Source of the DNA: Azolla caroliniana
Taxonomy: Eukaryota > Plantae > Polypodiophyta
Direction: 5' to 3'
NCBI GenBank assembly: GCA_043228905.1
Contig: JBHGNT010000017.1
Coordinates: 6,696,001-6,760,000 of the forward strand
DNA length: 64,000 nucleotides
In this document: positions 13,089-25,057 of the stretch, piece after piece
How the letters are laid out: each line of letters begins with the position of its first letter
Numbering within the stretch: the first letter of the stretch is position 1
Notes under the pieces: generated by a model
What the model was told of the DNA's origin: nothing
Databases searched by the model: none
What the model saw: only the letters and a program-made list of their open reading frames with translations
Made by a program: the position numbers and the translations under genes

Positions 13089-14204
13089 ACACATTACAAT
13101 GTGTCTATGGAGAACACTTCACATGGATTAAAAGATCAAAAACATAGATTCACGTGACAGGATGGTACTATGTGATCAATCAAGAACACTTAACATAGTT
13201 ACAAACATAATTAGTATGCATGCATCCATTTGAATAGTATTGTGTTGTGTGTTGTTACAAACATAATTAGTATGCATGCACTAACACAAGAATTACTTCC
13301 TTAGACATTGCATTATAAGTACTAAACATATGAATTAAAAATTACCTGGCGATAAAGTAGAACGATCGTGCCGCCTTAAACTGCGAGGCAACACCATTAG
13401 ACCAAACCCAATGACAGTTAAAGCTAAACCCTAGAGACAATAAATCTGCATGGTGAAGCTTAAAACAATGTTGAACAAATATTGTATCATGCTTTTTATC
13501 ATCTGAAATGTAAAATATTGATTTCTTATGTAACTCACCGTCTTGTCTCCAATAACAAATATGTACAAGTATTGTACATTGATCATTGTACCAATGCATT
13601 GATTGAACCTCATTTTGAACTTTAAATGTATAGTTTTCTACAAGTCAATAACGGATACGATGACACCCGTTGGTAAGTTATTAATACATTCCTTAAACTG
13701 TGAATTTTGCCAATAACTCCGGAAGTTATGTGGAATGAACTCCCCAAGTTGTTTCTTAAATTCTGAGACAAGGGTAGCAACACATGTCTCCTTATATACT
13801 CCCTTGATACGCTTAGATACAAGTCCCTTGCCAATATTTTCAGTCACATACTCTAAATATTTCCATTTCACAATATGATTGTTTCCCAAATCAAGCTCTT
13901 GCCTACAAAATAATGGTAGCGGACAAACCTTACATGTTCTTAAAAGACATGTATGACAATGCCACTCACATGATGGTTCTTTTTCACAAACACAAGACCT
14001 CCATAACTCAGAAACGGATGCATAAGTCATGTTTCGTGCATTACACCTATTATCCTCCCCATTTGGTCTAAAAACCTCACAAGTGCAGACACATAATTCC
14101 CCGGGAATCAATGTAATTGGTAGCGGAAGTAATACAAGTTTGGGCGTTCTACTTTAATTCCATAGATTGACCAATACGTAATATTCGTGGCATTCGACAT
14201 CCGT

Positions 14205-14632
14205 AATATTATAAAACCATTCGTTTAAATATACATGTACGCACATACATATATGATATATGTATATACACACATACATACACACATACATATATGATAT
14301 ATACATATACATACATACATATATGATATATACATTTACACACATACATATATGATATATACATATACATACATACATATATGATATATACATTTACACA
14401 CATACATATATGATATATACATTTCACACACACATATTCAAGAATATAAAACGGCCCCAAGAATATTATAAAACCATTCGTTTAAATATACATGTACGCA
14501 CATACATATATGATATATGTATATACACACATACATACACACATACATATATGATATATACATATACATACATACATATATGATATATACATTTACACAC
14601 ATACATATATGATATATACATTTCACACATAC
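14205..14632. repeat. (TACA)/(TA)-rich compound microsatellite with a ~256-bp duplication
   Basis: aatattataaaaccattcgtttaaatatacatgtacg at ~14205 and ~14462, each followed by catacatatatgatatata repeats. Confidence 0.9.
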
Positions 14633-15207
14633 ATCAATAATTAATTAACTCACTAATATCATAATTAATTAATTCACTTAAACATTTATTGATTCACTAA
14701 TACATTAATTAATTTACTAATAATATATACATTTCTTAATTCTTAAAAAAATTAATAAATTCATTGAGAGACATTAGTTAATTAATTAGGGCTTCTACTA
14801 AACTTAGCTAAACTTAGGGTTTCAGTGAAAGCCTGAGTTTGTAGCTAAGAACAGGATGTAGGATTAGAATCAAGCTAAGAGGGAGTCAAGGATGCGGGCT
14901 AAAAAGAAAGAAATATTGTCAAAATTAGGATTATGACAGAGATTAGGGTTTTCAGCCAAAACCCTCATTTTCTGGCCGAGAACAAGATGTAGAGGGAAGC
15001 AAGGGCAGCACGCACAGGGAGTAGGGTGAGGCTTCTTCACTCGCTGATCGTTGTTCGTTCACTCGCTCACACGAAGAAAACAGTTTTTGATTTTTGATTT
15101 TTGATTTTTAAATTAAAAAAGAAAAAGAAAAAGAAAACATTTACATGCATTCATATTCCTATTTGTATGAATTCGTGGGGCAAACCCCACGAATGTGAAT
15201 ATGTCAA

Positions 15208-16997
15208 TCTATGTTTAATTCTATTGTGTCTCTTGCTTACTTGCCGTTCTACTCTTTCATTCATAATCTTACGCGTGTTTTCATTAATCGGGTGTGTATC
15301 ATTAATCCAGAGAGTACTCGGAGTGGAATCAGATCTGTGTCAGATAACATCATTCCCTTAACCACCCTTTGGTGAAGTGTTTAGAACGGACACCCCTGTG
15401 TTTGTGGCTATGTCCAGCCTAGAGTAAACACAGTTTTGGCGACCACGATTCGTGCAAAGTGCAACGAACGATGGGGAATAGATGACTAGACCGACGAACG
15501 ACCTAGTTACCGAACAAGCGAGAAGACTATCCGAGAGACTGCAAAGGTGGGAGGGCTACCAACAGGCAGCTGAGGAGATCCGACAGGATTGGACTTTTTC
15601 CAAAGAGATTCGGCAGGTCGCGGAGGTGACAGTCTGATTGCAAAACTAGCAACATTCAAACAAAGGCAGCAGTCTGAGCAATTTGCGCGACACAGAATTG
15701 ATACCGCAAGCCCTAGCCACAAGCTTTGGGGACTCAGAAGCATTTTCAGTATTTGAGTCGGAGTCGGACAGTGAATACAATGTCCACTCCAACTATCGTT
15801 CCAATCACGATACTCCAGACGAACCAAAGGAAGACAGAACTGAGCACACACCGACATCGAAGTTGGAAACAACACTATCAACACAAGAGGAGAATCCAGA
15901 ACAACAACTGGAAAAAGAGAATAATCACATACCGATGCCACCAGTAAACCGACAATCCGAGAAGAAGGACGATCGCACACCGACACCACCATTGGAACGG
16001 CCGGCAGACAACGACAACATGCCTTACACGTACTCCAAATACAGAAATGGCCCAAATGTGCAAGCACATGTGTACGCCTTTTTGCAAACATGGGAAGCCA
16101 ACCATGTTTCACAGTGACTTACGGAAGCAGAAGCAAAGTGATCAAAGCTCGTGGAATTCGGTATGACCCTGGAAGGACCGGTGGCGAGATGGCACAAAAA
16201 GCATCTTCCAGGTAGCTTCGCCATGTTTGAAGCCCTGCAGGACAAATTTTTGTGATTGTTTCGCCGACAGGTGGAGCAGAGGAAGCTCATCTGCCAATTT
16301 TATACGGTTTTGTCAGGAACCCAACAAGACAGTCCAACAATTCAGCATATGATTTCAGACACTGCACAGTGAGTTTACAAGGGCACCTTCGGAGGATGAG
16401 GTAGAAGCAATCTTTTTGGCCGCGCTCCGGGAGCTGCTCCGGACAATGCTTTACGTGTTGGACTTTCGGACCAGCACCATTGATGAAGTTGTCGACCGGG
16501 TGTTGTAGGCCCAAAATAGTAATTACATGGCAATGGGAGCTCTACAATGAGCGTTGCCTAGAGAAGAGGACCTAGGGTTTCGGCAGGCAGTCCAGTGCAC
16601 AACATGCCTCAACCCCGGCCACTCTACATTGGAATGCACAATGCGGGCTCAGTGCATGGTGTGTCACTCCCGGTCACACACCATGAACCGTTGTGAGTAC
16701 AATCTTTTAAATCAGCAAGCTACACGGATCCGACACATTGAGCCTTGGGGTGAGCAACGACTGGACGAGGAAAGGTTCTGGAGAGACGATCGCTACCAAC
16801 CGGAACGCGGTTACCGGTATGATGACATACAGAGAGAGGACTATGATACGGATTGCTACGAGCGAGATTACTCTTCGGACAATGATCGTCGAAGAGACGA
16901 TAGAAGATACCCAAAACGGCGAGCATACCAAAACCAAGACAAACGGTACTTGGAACGGCAGGGGTATTGCAACAACCGATGCAATCCGAACAAACAT
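15208..16997 (+). mobile_element. Truncated non-chromovirus Gypsy (Athila/Tat-like): LTR remnant, PBS, gag
   Basis: LTR end AAACA at 15430, PBS TGGCGACCAC (tRNA-Arg-like), gag HVYAFLQTWEANH, zinc knuckles CTTCLNPGHSTLEC and CMVCHSRSH; homologous to gag at 37546. Confidence 0.8.
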
Positions 16998-19900
16998 TGC
17001 TGCGCCTTTCGGCGTCGGATCGTTGCGTGAGTCGGATGGAAACCGCCAAGGTTATGGACTAGGAGGAGGAAGAGTTGGAGGAAAATAGGAATGTGAATAG
17101 GTTGTAAGAAAGAGATATAGAACCTCGTGAATCCCACGATTGTATTGTATTAGATTTATGAATATTTAAAACAATTTAAAATAGATTGGAAAAGAGAGAT
17201 AGAAAATTGTGAATCACATGAGTATAATCAATTCAATCAATATTTAGAAAACCCAAAATCGACAACAACCATTACAATTTGCTCCCCCACCCTTATATAG
17301 TGATGGGAAAGAGTAAGTATATTGTAGAAAGTAACGTGCGGAAGCAAGTATGAAGACCGAACAGAAGGAAGGAAACTCAGGTTTAATGGAGAGCTTGAGC
17401 TTACACAGTATACGCGGGAGAGACAGAGAGAGTGAGAGAGAAGACACAAAAAACTATATTCAGAATAATACACAGTAGATCGTCGTTGGATCGGTCACCT
17501 CCTCTTGCAGGTCCTTAAGTAGCCGCTTCAACCATATGGCTTCGCATGTCGCGACAGCCGCTCCTCGGTACTCAGCTTCAGTGCTCGACAGAGCAACTGT
17601 CGGCTGCTTCTTACTGCACCACGCGATCGCGGCACTCCCGAGGGAGAACGCGTATCCAGACGTGGATCGGCGATCGACGACGTTGCCAGCCCAATCAGCA
17701 TCGGTGTAGCCGACTAACTACGCGGCTGCACCGGTCCGATATAGCAGTCCGCGGTCCTTAGTGCCGCTTACGTACCGCAGTACGCGTTGCGCACACTGAA
17801 GGTGCTCCTCGGTAGGTCGCGCCATGAATTGACTGATCACCCCGACCGGATAACTGAGGTCGGGTCGGGTGATGGTCAAGTATATGAGGCTTCCGACAAT
17901 TTGTCGGAATCTCGTCGGGTCGCATACCTTTCCCGTATCGGGACGAAGCTTGATGGTTCTGTCCAGAGGAGTCGAGACGGACTTATAGTCGGCCATCCCG
18001 AGTTTGAAGAGCATACTCAGCACATAATGATGTTGGCTGATCAATATGCCTTCGGGGGTACGGATCACTTCGATCCCGAGGAAGTAATGAAGGTCTCCTA
18101 GGTCCTTCATGTCGAACGATGCCGCAAGCTGGAGCTTCACGCAGTCGATTTCACCTAGGTCGGCGCCGGTGATGACCAAGTCATCAACATATAGTAAAAT
18201 ACTAACCGGTCCAAGTCGACCTTTCCGGATGAACAGGGAAGAGTCCGAGTTTGACGTGACGAAGCCCATCCGACGCAGTTGTTGCGTGATCTTCGCGTTC
18301 CAGGCACGCGGGGCTTGCTTCAGTCCGTAAAGGGACTTCTTTAGTCGGCATACTGCCGAGGAGTTCGTTCCAGAGTGAAATCCGGGGGCTGTACCATGTA
18401 CACCTGTTCCTCAAGGTCACCTTGCAGGAACACATTCTTTACATCCATCTGATGTAAGTGCCACCCCTTGGCCGTGGCTACTGCGAGCAAGACCAGCGCA
18501 AACGTCTCATCGTAGTCAATGCCGTGTTTCTGCGCGTAGCCCTTTGCCACTAGCCGAGCCTTGTACCGGTTGATCGAGCTATCGATGTTGTACTTGACTT
18601 TGTACACCCATCTACACCCGATCGGCTTCACACCCTTCGGTGCGTCAACCAGGTCCCAGGTCTCGTTCTCCGCCAATGCGTGCATCTCTTCCTCCATCGC
18701 GGCACGCCAATTCGCGTCTTTAGCCGCTTCTGCGTAGCTCTCCAGCTCACGCACTTCCGCTACACAGGTCATGTACGCATAATGATGCGCCATGTACTCG
18801 TTGTAACTGAACCGCACAACTGGGTTCTTTTGGCGGGTAGATCGGCGTAATCTCACATTAGCCGATGTCGAGACCTTCTCGGTCGATGCGGTCTTCATCT
18901 TTAAAGACTTGTCACCGGTTCCCTCGGAGTCGGACTCGCGTCGGTCTGACTCGTTTCTTTCCGTGCCGGAATCCGACACCTTCTTCTTCCCTTTCTCTTT
19001 GCGCGTAAGTCGTCTCCTCGGCCTCCTCCACGGGGAATGCACGGACGAGTCTCCACTACTCGCCGGCTCTTCATCGGACTGGTCATACCGACTCAGTCGT
19101 CCAATCGGTCCACTTAAACGGAGCGAAATTGAACTCTCTTCGCGGGTCTCGATTTCGGGTTCATTCGGAGGCATCTCGGCCTCGCTGACCTCATCGTCAG
19201 AGCTCGGATTGGAGTCGAGGTTCGTAGTCGGGGGCAGGTACTAGGACGCGGACTCGTCAAACACAACGTCGCGGCTGACACGCGCTTGTTTGGTGCGAGG
19301 GTTATAACACTTATAACCCTTCTGCTCGTCCAAGTAACCGACCAAGATGCATTTCTCGGCCTTTGCGTCCAGCTTCCTCCTTTTCTCCTTCGGTATATGC
19401 ACATACGCAATGCTACCGAACACCCTCAAGTGTCGCAAGTTCGGCTTCGTTCCGAAATATAGCTCGTGCGCCGACACTTTGTCTCCGATCCGGTTCTGGA
19501 TGTATACCGCGGTCCTTACCGCCTCGGCCCAATAGAACTTGGGCAAGCTCTTCTCCTCCAGCATTGCCCGTGCCGCTTCCACAACTGACCGATTCTTTCT
19601 CTCGGCCACACCGTTCTGCTCTGGCGTGTATCTACAACTGAATTCGTGGCGAATTCCCATTTGTTGTAGGTAACCGTTGAATTGACCGGAAAAGTACTCT
19701 TTCCCGCCATCCAACCGCAAGCACTTGATCTTTCGTCCCGTTTCGGCTTCCACGAACCCTTTGTGGTCCCGGAAACAGTCGAAGACTTCGCTCTTCCTCT
19801 CAATGAGGTAGATCCACGTATGCCGCGTGTGGTCATCGATGAAGGAGACGAAATATCGGCTCCCGCCAAGACTAACGTTTTGTGCCGGTCCCCATACATC

Positions 19901-22900
19901 AGAGTGTATAAGGTCGAGCTTGTTCCGGCTCCGGTTTCGCTCGTTGGGGAAAGGAAGTCGGTGTTGCTTCCTGAGCTGGAAAGCTTCACAAACTTGTGCC
20001 TTTCGGCCACTAAACTTGGGCATCCGAACACTACCTGTTTCGATTGCAGATCTTGAAGCCTATCCGCTTGTGCCACAAGTCGATGTCCGACTCGGTCTTT
20101 TGTCCCTTCACAAACATTGCGGTGCCGCCGTCAGTGGAGTCGAGGATGAACATCCTCCCGTCTCTGCGCCCTTGCGCAATCACACGGCCTTCTTCCTCAA
20201 TGAAGCACCGGAGGTGTGTAAACCGAACCTCCATCCCTTGGTCGACGATCTGTCCGACCGAGACCAAGTTTTTCGTGATTGTCGGGACGTGCAGCACGTT
20301 CATGAGTTTCCCTTTCAACCCGACATGGCTAAGGGGAACTTCTCCGACATTCGCGATCGGACGCGGAGTGTCGTCTCCTGTTGCGACTACTCCAAGTTCT
20401 ATCGGTTTTTCAAGGTACGAGAACCACTCCTTATGGCTCGTCATGTGGTTTGACGCGCCGGAGTCTACGTACCACACCTCGTCCGATCCCGTGGTGCTTT
20501 GTTTCATTGAGTTTGCTTTGTGTCTCATCACGAAGGCAGGCCCTTCTCCGGCTCTCCCGGAGTCTTCGGCGTAGTGCGATCGCTGCCGATTTCCCTTGTT
20601 GGTATGTCTGGAGCCGTTTCTAGAACCATTTCTCCCCGAATCGGCGCGCTTCTTCCAACACTCACTTTCCATGTGGCCTTTCTTGCCACAGTACCAGCAC
20701 TCCGCGATGGCCTTCCCTTGTTGGTTCTCATCGCTTCGGCTCCCCCTGTTTCCGAAGGGTCCGGAGTTGCTGTCGGCATCACTTCGGTGCCTTCTTCCCT
20801 GATCTCGTCGGCCGCCTCCATTGCGTGCCGACTCGCCTCGTTCTCCACGTCCACGAGGCCTATCTCCCTCCGTGTACAGCATTCTGCTGTCAAAGTGCGT
20901 GCTTGTAGACGCACCCGCGTGGTTCTCCTCTACCAGGAGCATCAACTGTAAGTCGAAAAAGGACGGTGTATTCTCCCGGGTACACACAGCCGTTCGGAAC
21001 GCTCCGAACTTTGACGCCAAACCTCCGAGACAGATCTGGACCATCTCGCTCTCCTCGATGTTCACCTCTATGGAGGCGAGGGAGTCACAGATATCCTTGA
21101 TCTTCGAGGTATAGTCCGCCACCGACAAGTCGCGTTGTCGTAGGTTGCCCAACTCCTATCGGAGCTGAAGCTTCCTGGCTGTGGTGCTCGCGGCAAAAAT
21201 CTTCTTCAGATTTTCCCATGCACCCTTCGGTGTCTTTGCATCCCGAACACAGCTCAATAGCTGTTCGCCCACACACGACGCGAAGCAGTATAATACCCTG
21301 CTCGCCGATTGCTCCCACGACGGAAAGTCTCTGTGTGTCGATTCGGGTGCCGCGTCATTAGCTCCTTCGACATAACTCCAGTAGCCGTGCCCGAGCAGGT
21401 ACTGGTGCATCTTGTAGGACCAAGACCCGTAGTTGGTTCTGTCAAGCTTCTCTGTTGGAAGCGAGCTTGCCATGCCTCTATCCATCGTTCTTCTCGTTCT
21501 TCTTCATCAAGCTGTGTCGGCTGCAGAGAGGTTCTCAACCCTCGCGCTCTGATACCATGTAGAAAGTAACGTGCGGAAGCAAGTATGAAGACCGAACAGA
21601 AGGAAGGAAACTCAGGTTTAATGGAGAGCTTGAGCTTACACGGTATACGCGGGAGAGAAAGAGAGAGTGAGAGAGAAGACACAAAAAACTATATTCAACA
21701 ATAATACTCAGTCTGTACATAAGACGTGCTCAATGAACACTTTTATACAAGCCCTAGAAGGACTGACCGAAGTACTGACAGTACTTCAATGCTCATCAAG
21801 AGCTCCTACACTAACTCCCAAATATATTCCTCACGGAATATCTTTCCTAACGGCCTCCCGGTTTATGCAATCGGCCTAACCGATCGGTCCCAACCGATCC
21901 GGTCCTCGGCTTCTTCAGCCGAACCGGCCGATGTTGAGCTTGTCTCTCAACATATATCTTACTACATGCACACATGATGTTGTTTCTCTGACTAGACTGT
22001 TCATGCACACTAGATGTCATACGTTTTCTTTTTAACTCAAGTGTTCATGCACACTAGATGTACATGAATAACTTTCTTTATCATGCGTTTTTTTTAGCTT
22101 CTTCCTTTGTTGCACCCTCTATCTCTTCCCGTATGTCGATTATTAAATCTAGCTCACTTTCCTCGCTTTCTACACTTTCGTGATCCTTGTCCGATTGCTC
22201 ATTTGTGTTGGGTTTGTCTAAGATTACGTAGGGTTCGTCGTCTATTCACTTCTTGAAAATCTTCACCCGCTTCCCTGCTATAGGCACTCAAAGTATTGTT
22301 CCATCTAACTCACTTACCCAGTAAGTTCCGTTGCCAAATGCTTTTCGAACATCATATGGTCCAAACCACCTTCGAGTGAATTTTTGTATCGTTGTGTGTT
22401 GATGATCCAAACTACTGTCATAGACTATCACCCAATCTCCTTCTTCAATCTTCCATGGTCGTAGACGGTGCTTTGTGTCGAATCAAATTTTGTTCAACTT
22501 TTGCAAGTGCTTTTACGGTTGGACTATGTCCTCGTTCGATCTTCCCGTTTGCTTCTGGATTGTATGACGTGGTTAGCGTCAGCATTACTCCATGTTTAGC
22601 GAATAATTCCTTAGCTTTATCAGAGTCAAGTTCTCCCCGATTCGCAATGACTTGTCCTACATACCCGTACCAGTAGAACACTTCTTCCAAAAGAATGTGG
22701 CATACTGAAGAACATGTTTTCCTCCGTAGTGCCCGATCTTCTACTTGATTCATAAGATCCTCTCGAGCTAGCACCAAGTACTTCTTTTGCCCGATCTCGG
22801 TTGGCATGGCCACGATGTCGACCATCCATTTAAAGTTGATCGTTGGTGAGAATGTCAGATGTAATTCATCCTAGTGTTGAACTCTGGAGTAGATTTGACA

Positions 22901-23835
22901 TTTCTTACAGCTTTCCATGAACTTTGCTACATCCTTATACATATTCTTCCATCGACATTTTTGTTTGATTTTTGCAAATGTTGCCCATGTTCCCTGATTC
23001 CTAGCCCAATTGGATTCGTGAAATTCGGATATTACCTGTTTCTATTGTTCTCTTGTGCCGACTACCTGGAGTGGTACACCATTTGGTCTTTTCGGTTCCC
23101 TCCAGATTAATCCATTGTTCAAAAAGAACTTCCTGACTTGCCGTTTCTTCTTTTGGATCTCTTTTCTTTGTTGTCCGATGATTCCTCGATTTCTTGTAGC
23201 CCTTTCCTAATTAGCAAGCTTTCTCTCTCGTATTCGTCTTCCCGGAACTCCCGAATTACGTTTACCTGGCATATGTGCTCCGAAGTAAAGTAATCTTCAG
23301 AAACTTCTTCATTATCCGATTCAACTATGTCATCTTCAAATTGGGCACTTGATAGCATATCCGCTACCGCGTTGTCTTTTCCCGAGATGTGTCGAACCTT
23401 TGGATTAAGTGACTTTACATATGCAATCCATCTTAGCATAGCCATATCCGGTACCGTGCAACATCGCATCATTCCGAGTATCGGAATACAATCTACTTCA
23501 ATTACTACTTCAGCTCCGATCAAATAATCTCGGTCCGATTTTATTGCGAACACGACTCCCCATAATTCTCTTTTAATGTATGCATATCCGCATTGCCTTT
23601 CGTTTAGAATTTTTGCTCCGGATTGAATCGGATATCGTGAACCATCCGAGTCGACTTGGTTGATGGCCCATCCGATCTCAGTTGGACTTGTATCAACCGT
23701 TACTATGATCTGTCGGTCATAGTTCGGCTTCTTAAGCGCACCCGCCCTGCATAGTGCTTTCTTGAGCTTCTTCACGGCTTTGGTGTGCTCCGGATTCCAT
23801 TCGAACTTTTTCCCCTTCCGCAACAAGTGATAAAA
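16998..23835 (-). mobile_element. Gypsy remnant of the 4-bp-TSD family: 3' LTR (split by a Copia), integrase, RNase H
   Basis: LTR at 16998 homologous to 7371 and resuming at 21953; RNase H IVTVDTSP...KRELWGV...HISGKDNAVADMLS; integrase VDIVAMP...YNPEANGKIERGH. Confidence 0.8.
17323..21952 (-). mobile_element. Ty1/Copia LTR retrotransposon, near full length, inactivated
   Basis: 5' LTR 21558-21952, tRNA-Met PBS TGGTATCAGAGC, TSD TATAT, gag CWYCGKKGH, PR WYVDSGASNHMT, INT HSDVWGP/NGVAERKNR, RT YVDD; 3' LTR 17323-~17472 fused to RNase H by a deletion. Confidence 0.95.
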
Positions 23836-25057
23836 TTGGCTTTTGTGATCAATCGGCAAATTCAGGTCAAATTCGGCTAGGCACAAAATCAGCCCTAGCC
23901 ACTCCAAGTAGAACTCGACGATAACCGAAGTCAATCAAGCTCATGTCCACATCTAGCTAGAACGAATTCGGGTGAGCCAGCGCACCCTCCCAGTGTTCAT
24001 AGCTGACTCCGAACAGAGCTTCACAAAGTTGACACAGATGACATCAACATCCGGCTCATCCGAGATGAGTCCAAGGAAGTTCGACGGGTCGAACTTCAAC
24101 TTCTGGAAGGGATTGGAACGCAATAAAGCATGTGTTCAGATATCTAGTGGTCACAATAGACCATGGCATCCTATTTGATCCAAAAAAGACTTTAGGCATA
24201 CTCGGATACACCAGCTCGGACTTTGCCGCCTGCCTAGAAAACCAAAAGTCAACAATTAAATACTATTTCAAATTCGGCAATGGAACAATCGCCTGGAAGT
24301 CGAAATTGCAGGAGTGCATGGCCACATCAACGATCGAGGCCAAATATGTAGCCGCGTCCGACAAAGCCAAAGAGGCCTTATGGCTTGGTCGATTAGCGCG
24401 CACATTTTGACAAACCAACCCCGATTCAATGCTACTCAAGGCGTTGTCTATAGCTACAATCAAGGTGTTGTTCCTCTATCCAGAAATCTGGTTCATCATA
24501 ATGCCTCAAAGCATATCGATGTTGGATATCACTTTGTTCTAGTCTGCATCATTTCCAAGAAGCTCTGCCTTGAGAAAATACTGGCGGCTGACAATGTAGA
24601 AAATGGGATGATCAAGTGTCTTGTGAGAGACCGATTTCGGTCTCCTCGGCACCATATGGGTGTTAGGAAACATCAGTCCGATTGAAGTGGACACAAGGAT
24701 GCTTTTGGACAATCGGCCTTGACACTTTCGGCATTCGACAATGGACACAACTAATTCAGCTTTAGCTGATCCAGTCTTTATTTTATTGGCCATTCCCGAT
24801 TCGACTACAAACTGATTAATCTAGCACCCTTTTGTATAAATCTGTAATTTTATTTATTCTTTAATTTACAGATTCTTGTTGTATACGCCCATTACGAGGG
24901 AGTGTCAAATACGGGTACATAATGGACGTATTCACACTATCCCTTTGCGCAAACTAGATCCCATATTTGTAAATATTGGAAAGGGCAATTTCCCTAGTTC
25001 AGTTTGTATTTAAATTGAATTTTGTAACCTAGTTGTTGATGATGTAGAGAGTCATTG
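23836..25057 (+). mobile_element. Internally deleted Copia: gag N-terminus fused to RT end/RNase H, PPT, start of 3' LTR
   Basis: MTSTSG...KFDGSNFNFWK joined to AIKHVFRYL; WKSKLQ..ATSTIEAKYVA, SKHIDV; GAGGGAG then TGTCAA at 24903. Confidence 0.8.

Larger units (their letters stand above)
7290..13200. repeat. ~145-bp intronic satellite (~7 units) interrupted by two LTR insertions
   Basis: tttagtacagatacaacac...gtccatggagaacact...ggattaaaagataattagtacaaactctt recurs with period 144-147 at 11426-12265, with parts at 7290-7370 and 13089-13200. Confidence 0.88.
6226..14111 (-). pseudogene. Sola2-like DDD transposase, at least two exons (>=14111-13346 and 7255-6226), inactivated
   Basis: Cys cluster CVC..C..TC..C, SVID(F)xENYTF..QNEVQSMHW (1-bp frameshift at ~13640), ISDDKKHD, WS(D>N)GVASQFK, WNYFGSRHGKGAHDGAGAVIK, LSCFCSMC; GT at 13345 and AG at 7256 splice in frame (IAR|YFSL). 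Confidence 0.75.
2105..15206 (-). mobile_element. Large Sola2-like DDD DNA transposon, degenerate, boundaries tentative
   Basis: Spliced DDD transposase on minus plus a convergent spliced ORF on plus, bracketed by the repeated hairpin-bearing segment; AAT at all three junctions. Confidence 0.5.

Noticed and set aside
14154-14626. ORFs rich in YVCMYI
   Set aside because: Translations of a microsatellite
2105-15206. Helitron or Replitron (HUH) identity for the hairpin-ended element
   Set aside because: The protein shows DDD-type motifs, no HUH/Tyr or helicase motifs, and no CTRR terminus
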